30,606 bases of DNA, taken from NCBI GenBank assembly GCA_036277855.1, contig DASUMC010000223.1, positions 1-30,606 on the forward strand, given 5' to 3'. Source of the DNA: Actinomycetota bacterium. GTDB taxonomy: Bacteria; Actinomycetota; UBA4738; HRBIN12. The notes beneath the pieces are model-generated. The model saw only the letters and a program-made list of their open reading frames with translations. It was not told the DNA's origin and searched no databases. This document shows positions 1-7,946 of the stretch, one piece after another; the first letter of the stretch is position 1; each line of letters begins with the position of its first letter. A program made the position numbers and the translations under genes.

Positions 1-515
1 CCCAGACCCGGTGCGCGCATCAACGTGACCGAGCCGGCGCGTGCCTCCCAGCGTTCGAGCAGGTCGCCCTCGCGCGACGCCCGCACCTCGAACCGCGCCG
101 AGCCGGCGACCGTGAACACCGCGACGAGCCGCCGGTACCAGCGACCGTCCAGGTGCGAGGTGACGCCGACCGAACCCGATCGGTAGACGGCGATCCCCGC
201 CTCATTCGGTCGCCAGGTCCGGAGCCCGCGGATCTCGCCGCCGTCCGAACGGACCCGCGATGTGAACGAGGACGCCAGATCGTTCAGGAGCGGGAAGCCT
301 TCGAACGGCGCCTCGAGGTCGTAGCCGTCGATCTCCATCCGCACGCCCGCCGCGCCGAACGTGCCCGCCATCCTTCGCAGCGGACCGCTCTCGACCTCGC
401 GACGCAGACCGCGCAGGAACGCCTCGCCCACCAGCCCGTCGACGTGCGCGAACCCACGACCCGCGACCCGGCGCAGCGCCGGCGACAGGGACCGCCGGAC
501 GAGCGGCGCGCTCAT
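1..515 (-). CDS. 2OG-Fe(II) oxygenase / AlkB-like protein (3' end runs off the window)
   Basis: Not in the ORF track. Manual translation from ATG 515 gives MSAPLVRRSLSPALRRVAGRGFAHVDG...WRPNEAGIAVYRSGSVGVTSHLDGRWYRRLVAVFTVAGSARFEV, an N..Y..HxD + beta-strand pattern. ATGA overlap with the stop of the CPBP gene; no stop before base 1. Confidence 0.65.
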   Translation of the reverse strand, partial: MSAPLVRRSLSPALRRVAGRGFAHVDGLVGEAFLRGLRREVESGPLRRMAGTFGAAGVRMEIDGYDLEAPFEGFPLLNDLASSFTSRVRSDGGEIRGLRTWRPNEAGIAVYRSGSVGVTSHLDGRWYRRLVAVFTVAGSARFEVRASREGDLLERWEARAGSVTLMRAPGL

Positions 516-1264
516 CCGAACCCCGGGAGGTGCTTGCGGAACAGGATGAACCCGATGCCCGCGGCGGTGTCCAGCAGGAAGTGCGCGATCACGATCGGCC
601 ACGCCCGCTTGGTGCGCGTGAAGACGAACCCGAACAGCACGCCCATCGCGACGTTGCCGAGGAACCCGCCCCAGCCCTGGTACAGGTGGTAGCTGCCGCG
701 CAGCAGCGCGCTCGCGCCGACGGCGGCCACCTCGGTCAGACCGAGCTGCCGCAGCCGCGTGATGAGGTAGGCGACGACCACGACCTCCTCGAGCAGCGCG
801 GCCTGGGCGGCGTTCAGCAGCAGGACCGGCACCGTCCACCAGTGCCCGAGCGGCGGCACCGGCACGACGAACCGGTTGACGCCGAGCGCGACCGCCGCGA
901 GGTACAGCCCGATACCCGCCGTCCCGACGACGAGGAACAGGAGCGCTCCTCGGCCCATGTCCTGCCGCGGGCGGTCCCACCGCAACCCGATGCCCTGGAG
1001 CCCTTCGCCGCTGCGACGGACGAGGTAGACCACCAGCCATACCGGCGCCAGCGAGAACAGTGTGCCGAAGATCTGCCGCGCGAGCTGGGTGCTCTGCGAC
1101 ACCGAGGCCACGGTGACGCCGCGAAGGGGAGCCTCGAGCAGGCTGAGGATCGCGAACACCGCGCTCGCGAGCAGCGAGAGCGACAGGACGATCAGCGTCT
1201 CCTCACCAAGGAGGCGGCGCGGCAAGGGTGGCGGAGCCGATTCCGAACGGCCGGGTGGCGGCAT
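512..1264 (-). CDS. CPBP family (Abi/CAAX) intramembrane glutamic endopeptidase
   Basis: Multi-TM protein with EEVVVVAYL, LRGSYHLYQG and AHFLLD motifs. Start supported by TACCCT 6 nt upstream. Confidence 0.88.
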   Translation of the reverse strand: MPPPGRSESAPPPLPRRLLGEETLIVLSLSLLASAVFAILSLLEAPLRGVTVASVSQSTQLARQIFGTLFSLAPVWLVVYLVRRSGEGLQGIGLRWDRPRQDMGRGALLFLVVGTAGIGLYLAAVALGVNRFVVPVPPLGHWWTVPVLLLNAAQAALLEEVVVVAYLITRLRQLGLTEVAAVGASALLRGSYHLYQGWGGFLGNVAMGVLFGFVFTRTKRAWPIVIAHFLLDTAAGIGFILFRKHLPGFG

Positions 1265-1270
1265 CCGGCA

Positions 1271-1276
1271 AGGGTA
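1271..1276 (-). promoter_or_regulatory. -10 box TACCCT, leaderless-type spacing
   Basis: TAnnnT hexamer 6 nt before ATG 1264; no SD. Confidence 0.6.
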
Positions 1277-1287
1277 CGGCCGCCGCG

Positions 1288-1293
1288 TACGAT
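1288..1293 (+). promoter_or_regulatory. -10 box TACGAT
   Basis: 8 nt before ATG 1302; no SD. Confidence 0.5.
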
Positions 1294-1301
1294 GCGCGAC
1301 G

Positions 1302-2063
1302 ATGCGGTTCAGCTTCGAGAGCGTGAACGCGACCGACTACGACGAGCTGCGTCCGACCTACGCGCCCGAGTCCGTCAGGTGGGTCGCCGATCGCGCCCGG
1401 CTCGAACCCGGATCGCTCGTGGTCGACCTGGCCGCCGGGACCGGACAGCTCTCGCGTCGGTTCGTCCGGCTCGGCGTCCGCGTCGTCGCCGTCGAACCCG
1501 CCGCCAACATGCGCGCGGTCCTCGCGGCGAACCTCCCCGACGTGACCGCCGTCCCCGGGACCGCCGACGCGATCCCGCTCGGCGACGGCGAGGCCGACGC
1601 CGTCGTGGTCGGGAACGCGTTCCACCACTTCGACGCCGAGGACGCGTTCGCCGAGATCCGGCGCGTGCTCCACCCGGGCGGCGCGCTCGCGCTGTTCTGG
1701 GCCCGGACGGACCGGCACCCCGACGGCCTGCGGATGGGCATCCGGGAGATCGACCAACTCGTCGAACGCGAACGCGGGTCCTCACCGATCGTCGAGGCGT
1801 ACCGAGCCTGGTACGAGCCGCCCGAGCTCGTCGAGGGATTCACGGCGCTCGAACGCCGTTCGTTCCCGACCACCCGAACGATGCCCTCGGCGCGGCTCGC
1901 GGACCTGTTCGCGACGTCGAGCGACATCGCGTCCCTGCCCGATCCGCGGCGCGGGCAGCTCCTGGAACGGATCGGCGAGCTCGCGGCCGACCTCCCGGAG
2001 ACGCTCGAGCTCGCGGAGCGGAGCGACGTGCATCTGTGGTTCCGAGACGGGGCGGGCGGTTAG
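1302..2063 (+). CDS. class I SAM-dependent methyltransferase
   Basis: YDELRPTY, VVDLAAGTG (motif I), VVAVEP, DAVVVGNAFHHF. Start moved to ATG 1302. Confidence 0.88.
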   Translation: MRFSFESVNATDYDELRPTYAPESVRWVADRARLEPGSLVVDLAAGTGQLSRRFVRLGVRVVAVEPAANMRAVLAANLPDVTAVPGTADAIPLGDGEADAVVVGNAFHHFDAEDAFAEIRRVLHPGGALALFWARTDRHPDGLRMGIREIDQLVERERGSSPIVEAYRAWYEPPELVEGFTALERRSFPTTRTMPSARLADLFATSSDIASLPDPRRGQLLERIGELAADLPETLELAERSDVHLWFRDGAGG

Positions 2064-2590
2064 TCCCAGCCGCCCTGGCACTCGGCGGGCATCGTCGCGT
2101 TCGTCCGTCCGAACGTCACGCTGTCGCCCATCGCGGCGGCGCACAGGTACCCGCCGTTCGGCTCGACGACGGTCACGAACACCACCGTCGTCGGCGAGAC
2201 CGACATCGCCACCGTGTCCGCCGCGGGGGCGCCTCGCCCGTAGACGACCGAGGGGTCGTAGGCGGCGGCCGCATCGGGTCCGAACCCTTCGAACGAGCCG
2301 TGCTCCGCGTAGTAGACCTGCGAGACCCGGATCGCCTGGTTCAGCATCGCCTGGGCCCGCACGTCGTTCGACTCGCCGATCGGATCGGAGATGGGGTCGC
2401 CGGTCGCGCCGGGGTCGTCGGTCGCGCCGGAGTCGCCGGTCGCGCCGGCCGGCTCGCCGATCGCCGTCGCGCCGACGGCCGTCGGACCCGCCGCCGCAGG
2501 GTCGGTCCTCGTGCCCTGGAGAAGGACGAGCGGCATGACCCACACGGCCGCCACCACGAGGGCGAGCAGGACGAGCGCCCGCACGGACAC
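2060..2590 (-). CDS. membrane-anchored protein with low-complexity linker and pilin-like C-terminal domain
   Basis: GGAGGAGG SD before GTG 2590. N-terminal TM helix, A/G/T/D/P linker, then AQAMLNQAIRVSQVYYAEHGSF helix and a C-terminal Cys pair (YLC...AECQGGW). Confidence 0.6.
   Translation of the reverse strand: MSVRALVLLALVVAAVWVMPLVLLQGTRTDPAAAGPTAVGATAIGEPAGATGDSGATDDPGATGDPISDPIGESNDVRAQAMLNQAIRVSQVYYAEHGSFEGFGPDAAAAYDPSVVYGRGAPAADTVAMSVSPTTVVFVTVVEPNGGYLCAAAMGDSVTFGRTNATMPAECQGGWD
2393..2446. repeat. 3 x 18-bp imperfect tandem repeat (GATGDS/GATDDP/GATGDP)
   Basis: ggggtcgccggtcgcgcc, ggggtcgtcggtcgcgcc, ggagtcgccggtcgcgcc are contiguous. Confidence 0.85.
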
Positions 2591-2700
2591 GAAGCCTCCT
2601 CCCGAACCCAACGACGCCACCTCCCCACGCGGTATCGGCGCGGCCGGGGGCGCCCTGAAGAAGGCCGCGAAGCGTGGTTTCCGGGAAGGTGCCGGAGTGG

Positions 2701-2934
2701 CTAGAGCGAGAGCACCGGGCAGGTCAGGGTGCGCGTGACACCCTCGACCGACTGGATCGGCATCACGATCGCCTTGGCGAGCTCGTCGAGGTCGTTCGCT
2801 TCACCGCGGGCGATGACGTCGTAGGGACCGGTCACGGGGTCGACGGACACGATGCCCTTCACGCCGCTGATCTCCCGGGTCACGTTGCTGGCCCGTCCCA
2901 CCTCGGTCTGGATCAGGATGAACGCGCTGACCAC
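2701..2934 (-). CDS. stand-alone Lrp/AsnC ligand-binding domain protein
   Basis: MVSAFILIQTEVG...VTGPYDVIA...IQSVEGVTRTLTCPV. GAGGAGG SD before GTG 2934; no HTH. Confidence 0.9.
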   Translation of the reverse strand: MVSAFILIQTEVGRASNVTREISGVKGIVSVDPVTGPYDVIARGEANDLDELAKAIVMPIQSVEGVTRTLTCPVLSL

Positions 2935-2962
2935 GTCGACCTCCTCGTCAGGGTCTCGGGGC

Positions 2963-2968
2963 ATCGTA
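2963..2968 (-). promoter_or_regulatory. -10 box TACGAT for the Lrp/AsnC gene (leadered)
   Basis: TACGAT about 20 nt upstream of the SD. The ORF-track ATG 2964 lies inside this box. Confidence 0.5.
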
Positions 2969-3010
2969 CGTCACCCCCCGACGCGGCGCGAACCGACCGA
3001 GTTCGGCCCC

Positions 3011-4219
3011 TCAGAGGACGGGTTCGATGTCCCGTGCGGGACGGGACAGGGCGGGCGTGGACAGCGCGATCCACGCAACGGCCCCTCCGCCGAGCGTGAG
3101 GAGGGAGGCCCCGACGTACAGCGTCGCCGGTCCGAATCGATCGAACACGAGCCCGCCGAGCCCGGCGCCGATGATCGGCGCGATCCCGAACCCCATCGTC
3201 CAGGCGAGCGACTGACCGGTCGAGTACAGGTGCGACGGGAGCATGCGGCCGATCACGACCACCATCGTCGTGAACAGGAGCGCGAACCCGGCGCCCTCGA
3301 ACACGGTGAGGACGGACAGGATCGTCGGGTCCTCGACCAGACCCCACAGCAGGAACCCCGTCGCGTACACGACGCACCCGGCCACGTAGACGGCCCTCAA
3401 TCCGAAACGGTTCGAGAACCGCGACGAGAGCCGCATCACGGGCACCTCGACCAGCCCGCCGAGGGCGGTCCCGATCCCCACCAGCAGCGCGCCGCCGCCG
3501 GCGCGTTCGATCTTCAGACCGATGAAGTTCCACGCCGCGTTGAACCCGGTCCACACCAGGAGGAGGGCGAGCAAGAACATCCAGAACCTCGGGGCCGCCC
3601 GGAACACCGCGCCCACCGCGCCGAGCCGGCCGTGCCGGATCGATCGAGCCGGTCGGTCGGGCTCGATCGCGACGGCCGCCCACAGGAAGATCGCGAGGGC
3701 CGCCGAGGCGACGACCGGCATCGCCCACCGGATGCCCACCTGCTGCAGGAGCACGCCCACCAGCAGACACGCCGTCGCGTAGGCCAGGCTCTCCCATCCT
3801 CGGATCCGCCCGTACTCGGTCATCCGGTCGTCGCCCAGGAACTCCAGGGCGATCGCGTCGACGTTCGGCGCGACGGTGGCGCTCAGGCCGGCGAACGCGA
3901 ACGCCGCCACGATGATCGCGGGGTAGGTCTCCGCCCCGAACAGGGCGAACGCGCCGATCGCACCCCCGAGCGCCCCGATCTGCAGCGCGCGGCGCCGGCC
4001 GAGCGTCGTGTCGGCGAGGTGACCCCAGAGCGGGCTCAGGAGCACGCGCGCGATCGCCATCGCGGCGATCACCACACCGATCTCGCCCGCGGTGAGGCCC
4101 TTGCCGTCCAGGAAGAGCGACAGGAACGGGAACGACGCCGCGATGAAGACGCCGAACAGCACGAACAGCGTCTGCACGGCGACCGCGGGACGGATCCGTC
4201 GAGACCCGGCCGCCCGCAT
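3011..4219 (-). CDS. MFS transporter (HcaT/YwbF-like)
   Basis: About 12 hydrophobic segments; motif A-like WGHLADTTLGRR; YGRIRGW; LVEVPVM. Confidence 0.88.
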   Translation of the reverse strand: MRAAGSRRIRPAVAVQTLFVLFGVFIAASFPFLSLFLDGKGLTAGEIGVVIAAMAIARVLLSPLWGHLADTTLGRRRALQIGALGGAIGAFALFGAETYPAIIVAAFAFAGLSATVAPNVDAIALEFLGDDRMTEYGRIRGWESLAYATACLLVGVLLQQVGIRWAMPVVASAALAIFLWAAVAIEPDRPARSIRHGRLGAVGAVFRAAPRFWMFLLALLLVWTGFNAAWNFIGLKIERAGGGALLVGIGTALGGLVEVPVMRLSSRFSNRFGLRAVYVAGCVVYATGFLLWGLVEDPTILSVLTVFEGAGFALLFTTMVVVIGRMLPSHLYSTGQSLAWTMGFGIAPIIGAGLGGLVFDRFGPATLYVGASLLTLGGGAVAWIALSTPALSRPARDIEPVL

Positions 4220-4225
4220 CGAGCA

Positions 4226-4231
4226 ACCGTA
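4226..4231 (-). promoter_or_regulatory. -10 box TACGGT, leaderless-type spacing
   Basis: 6 nt before ATG 4219. Confidence 0.6.
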
Positions 4232-4267
4232 ACAGGGGTCCCCCGGGGACCGTCCGGCCGGACGCGC

Positions 4268-4768
4268 TCAGGGTTCGCGACGCAGGACGCGGCAGGTCAG
4301 CGAGCTCCCCTCGCGCAGCGGGTACCGCTCACCGGTGTCGGCGAACCCCAGATGCTCATAGAAGCCGCTCGCCCCGTCGTTGGTCTCGGTGACCCCCAGG
4401 ATCACCGAGCGCGCGCACCATGACCGCGCCCACGTCAGGACGCCCTCCACCAACCGCGCGCCGACCCCCGCGCCCCGCCACGCCGGGTCCACCCACATCC
4501 CGTAGAGATGGGCGTGGTCCTCGTCGCCGGTGCGCGATCCGACGGCCATCCCGATCCATCGGTCGCCGCGCTCGGCGACGAACATCGCGTTCGCCGCCCC
4601 CTCCCACCCCTCGATCCAGGCGATCCACTCTTGACGACCGAGGGACCGCTCGCGCTCGAGCGTGGAGCCGAAGGCATCGGGCGCGTCGGCGAGCGCGTGC
4701 AGGCGGAGGTCGCGGACGCGCTCCCACTCCTCGCGCGTGACCGGCCTGATCCGCTCTGGCGATCCCAT
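4268..4768 (-). CDS. GNAT family N-acetyltransferase
   Basis: LRLHALADAPDAFGST; HLYGMWVDPAWRGAGVG acetyl-CoA motif; ASGFYEHLGF. Start ATG 4768. Confidence 0.9.
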   Translation of the reverse strand: MGSPERIRPVTREEWERVRDLRLHALADAPDAFGSTLERERSLGRQEWIAWIEGWEGAANAMFVAERGDRWIGMAVGSRTGDEDHAHLYGMWVDPAWRGAGVGARLVEGVLTWARSWCARSVILGVTETNDGASGFYEHLGFADTGERYPLREGSSLTCRVLRREP

Positions 4769-4776
4769 CCTCACGC

Positions 4777-4812
4777 AGGGTAGTGGGCGGGTGCTCGGGC
4801 GGCCGCGATACT
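4777..4812. promoter_or_regulatory. divergent -10 boxes: TACCCT (minus, 4777-4782) and GATACT (plus, 4807-4812)
   Basis: 8 nt before ATG 4768 and 6 nt before GTG 4819 respectively. Confidence 0.5.
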
Positions 4813-4818
4813 TGGGCG

Positions 4819-6414
4819 GTGCCGAACGACGATGCCGCATGGTGGCGGGACGGGGTCCTGTACCAGATCTACGTCCGCTCCTTCGCCGACAGCGACGGCG
4901 ACGGCACCGGCGACCTGCAGGGCGTGATCGACCACCTCGACCACCTCGAGTGGTTGGGGGTGGACGGCATCTGGCTCTCCCCCACCACGCCGTCCCCGGA
5001 TCGGGATTGGGGGTACGACGTCTCCGACTACCGGGACGTGCATCCGGAGCTCGGCGACCTTGCGACGCTCGACCGGCTGGTCTCGGAAGCCGCTTCCCGG
5101 GACATCAAGGTGATCCTCGATCTCGTGCCGAACCACACCAGCGAGGTCCACCCGTGGTTCGTCGACGCTCGGACGTCTAGGGACGCCGAGCACCGCGGGT
5201 GGTACGTCTGGCGTGACCCGCGGCCCGACGGCTCGCCGCCCAACAACTGGCTCTCTGTGTTCGGCGGGCCCTCGTGGGAGCTGGACGAGCGCACCGGCCA
5301 GTACTACCTGCACAGTTTCCTGGTGGAGCAGCCGGACCTCGACTGGTGGAACGAGGACGTGCGTCGCGAGTTCGAGGACATCATGCGGTTCTGGTTCGAT
5401 CGAGGGATCGCCGGGTTCCGCATCGACGTGGCGAACGGTCTCATCAAGGACCGGGGGCTCCGCGACAACGACCCCGCGACCGCGGACGACCCCGAGGAGG
5501 TGAGGCGTCGGGGCCAGCGGTTCATCCACAACATGAACCGGCCCGAGGTGCACGAGATCTATCGGGACTGGCGCGCGATCGCCCAAACGTTCGATCCCGT
5601 CCGCATCCTGGTCGGTGAGACCTGGATCTTCGATCTCCGGGAGGTCGCTCGGTTCTACGGGCAGACCGGCGACGAACTCCACCTGTGCTTCAACTTCCCG
5701 TTCATCTTCTCGAGCTTCGAGGCCGAGACGCTTCGCGCGACGGTCGAGACGACCGAGGAGGCGCTGCCGTCGTTGGCACAGCCGGCATGGGCCGCCTCGA
5801 ACCACGACGTCGGACGGTTCCCGACGCGGTGGGCCGGCGACCGCCCGGACGCGGCGCGCTGCGGCATGATGACGCTGCTGACGTTGCGGGGCACGCCATT
5901 CCTGTACTACGGGGACGAGATCGGGATGGCCGAGGTGCCGGTGACCGGCGATGTCGCGCGTGACGGACCCGGTCAGATCGGGGACGCCCAGACCGGACGC
6001 GATCCGGGCCGCACCCCGATGCAGTGGAACGCGCAGCCGGGGGCCGGGTTCACGCGGGGAGGCGTTCGGCCGTGGCTCCCGATCGGCGACACGCAAGCGA
6101 TCAACGTCGAGGATCAGCGCGGGGACCCGGGCTCGATGCTGCACCTGTGCCGCGACCTCATCGCCCTGCGACGCGAGACGCTGGACCTGCGTTCGGGCGC
6201 CTACGCCTCGTTACCCTCGCCCGACGGAGTGTGGGCCTGGCGCCGCGGCGAAGGCATCGTCGTGGCGGTCAACCTGTCGGGCGAGGCGGCCTCGCTCCCC
6301 CTCGGCCCGGCCACGATCGAGATCGGAACCGATCGCGCTCGCGACGGCGAGAGGCTGGAGGGCGATCTCGGTCTGGGGCCGTGGGAGGGGGCGGTGCTGC
6401 GGCAGGGCGCCTGA
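4819..6414 (+). CDS. GH13 alpha-glucosidase / oligo-1,6-glucosidase family
   Basis: WWRDGVLYQIYVRSFADSDGDG, DLVPNHTS, GFRIDVA (nucleophile Asp), VGETW (acid/base), SNHD, RDPGRTPMQW. Confidence 0.93.
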   Translation: MPNDDAAWWRDGVLYQIYVRSFADSDGDGTGDLQGVIDHLDHLEWLGVDGIWLSPTTPSPDRDWGYDVSDYRDVHPELGDLATLDRLVSEAASRDIKVILDLVPNHTSEVHPWFVDARTSRDAEHRGWYVWRDPRPDGSPPNNWLSVFGGPSWELDERTGQYYLHSFLVEQPDLDWWNEDVRREFEDIMRFWFDRGIAGFRIDVANGLIKDRGLRDNDPATADDPEEVRRRGQRFIHNMNRPEVHEIYRDWRAIAQTFDPVRILVGETWIFDLREVARFYGQTGDELHLCFNFPFIFSSFEAETLRATVETTEEALPSLAQPAWAASNHDVGRFPTRWAGDRPDAARCGMMTLLTLRGTPFLYYGDEIGMAEVPVTGDVARDGPGQIGDAQTGRDPGRTPMQWNAQPGAGFTRGGVRPWLPIGDTQAINVEDQRGDPGSMLHLCRDLIALRRETLDLRSGAYASLPSPDGVWAWRRGEGIVVAVNLSGEAASLPLGPATIEIGTDRARDGERLEGDLGLGPWEGAVLRQGA

Positions 6415-6424
6415 GCGTCCGGAC

Positions 6425-6988
6425 TCAGGACGGTCCGACCCTTCCCTCACGCCGGATCTCAACGAGATGGTCCGCGACACCCAGGCTCGTGAACGGCAGG
6501 ACCGGCGCCAGCAGAAGCGCGACGTCGGTCACCGTTCGAACCGTCACGAACGCCCAGGCGGAGACGATCGCGATCGCGAGCGCCCGTGCTCGCCAGGCGC
6601 GATCGAGATCGGAGCGCATCGCCGCGATCCCCCCCGCCCCCACGCCGGCGACGAATCCTGTGACGGCATCGGCCGCGACCGCGGACACCGGGATCCCCAC
6701 GACGAGGCACAGGAGCATCGCCCAGACCGTCGCCCGGGGGGCACGCGGGTGCTGGGATAGGAACGCGAGCGCGAGGAAGACGAACGGTATGAGGCACAAC
6801 CCGAACGCGATCCAGGGACCGGCGCTCGGGGCGCGCTCCGGGTCGTCCGAGGCGATCGAGACGAGCCCGACGAGCAGCCCCCAGTAGGCCGGCACCAGCA
6901 GGAGCGTCGAGAGCAGGATGGCCCGCCACACCTGCCGGGGCGACAGCGGCTGGGCCCCCGCGCCGGCCGGTCGCCGCGACCGGGCCAT
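6425..6988 (-). CDS. uncharacterised multi-pass membrane protein, last gene of the sugar ABC operon
   Basis: About 5 hydrophobic segments; starts 7 nt after the permease stop. Confidence 0.75.
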   Translation of the reverse strand: MARSRRPAGAGAQPLSPRQVWRAILLSTLLLVPAYWGLLVGLVSIASDDPERAPSAGPWIAFGLCLIPFVFLALAFLSQHPRAPRATVWAMLLCLVVGIPVSAVAADAVTGFVAGVGAGGIAAMRSDLDRAWRARALAIAIVSAWAFVTVRTVTDVALLLAPVLPFTSLGVADHLVEIRREGRVGPS

Positions 6989-6995
6989 CCGGAGA

Positions 6996-7946
6996 TCAGC
7001 CCTTGACCGCACCGGCCGTTAGACCACGCACGAAGTACTTCTGGAGCGCGAAGAACACCAACAGCGGCAGCGCCATCGAGATGAACGCCGCGGACGTGAG
7101 CAGGTGCCAGTTCTCGCCGCGCGAGCCCACCAGCTCTCGCAGCGCGACCGTGACGACGATATTCTGGCCGGCGCCACCGAGGAACACGTAGGCCACCAGC
7201 AGGTCGTTCCACACCCACAGGAACTGGAAGATGGCGAACGCCGCGATCGCAGGGACCGACAGCGGAACCACCAGCCGCCAGAAGATCGTGAAGTGATCCG
7301 CGCCATCGATCTTCGCGGACTCGATGATCGAGGACGGCAGCGAGCCGATGTAGTTCCGTAACAGGTACACGGCCAGGGGTAAGCCGAACCCCGCATGCGC
7401 CAGCCAGATCCCGAGGAAGGTCCCCTGCAGGCTGAGATCGGGGAAGATCTCGCGACCGAACAGAGTCGCCCCCTGTGTGTACAGTCGCAGGATGGGGATC
7501 AGCGCCATCTGCAGCGGCACCACGAGCAGCCCGACGACGATCACGAACAGCACGTACCGGCCGCGGAACTCCATCCACGAGAACGCGTACGCGGCGAACG
7601 CCGCGATCGTGATCGGGATCACGGTGGAGGGGATCGTCACGGCCAGGCTGTTCAGGAACGCGTTCCCGAACCCGCCCTGGTCCAGGGCGATCCGGTAGTT
7701 CTCGAGCGTCCACTCCGTCGCCCCGAACGGATGGGTGAACACCTCCCACCACCCGGAGGTGTTCACCGCATCCTCCGGCCGGAAGGACGTGATCAGCACG
7801 CCGAGGGTCGGGATCGTCCACAGGATCACGATCACGACGATCGTGATGCGGACGAACCAGCCTCCACGGCCGGCCGCCTCCAGCTGATCCCCTTCCGGCG
7901 CGTGGGCCGGCGCCTTCGGGGGCGCCTCGACCGTGGCCGAGCTCAC
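6996..7946 (-). CDS. aglG: carbohydrate ABC transporter permease (MalG/AglG-like)
   Basis: EAA loop IIESAKIDGA, FLWVWNDLL, FFALQKYFVRGLTAGAVKG. GTGA overlap with the upstream permease. Confidence 0.9.
   Translation of the reverse strand: MSSATVEAPPKAPAHAPEGDQLEAAGRGGWFVRITIVVIVILWTIPTLGVLITSFRPEDAVNTSGWWEVFTHPFGATEWTLENYRIALDQGGFGNAFLNSLAVTIPSTVIPITIAAFAAYAFSWMEFRGRYVLFVIVVGLLVVPLQMALIPILRLYTQGATLFGREIFPDLSLQGTFLGIWLAHAGFGLPLAVYLLRNYIGSLPSSIIESAKIDGADHFTIFWRLVVPLSVPAIAAFAIFQFLWVWNDLLVAYVFLGGAGQNIVVTVALRELVGSRGENWHLLTSAAFISMALPLLVFFALQKYFVRGLTAGAVKG

Noticed and set aside
530-2704. 724-aa plus-strand ORF and other very long ORFs (14883-17087, 16364-18835, 20536-23091, 26892-29219, 28948-30414)
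   Set aside because: Arg/Pro-rich shadow frames of motif-bearing genes; expected in high-GC DNA with few off-frame stops.
2683-2704. GGGAAGGTGCCGGAGTGGCTAG resembles a tRNA-Ser/Leu 5' end
   Set aside because: No T-loop (GTTCRA) or acceptor 3' strand follows; downstream bases are the Lrp/AsnC coding end.
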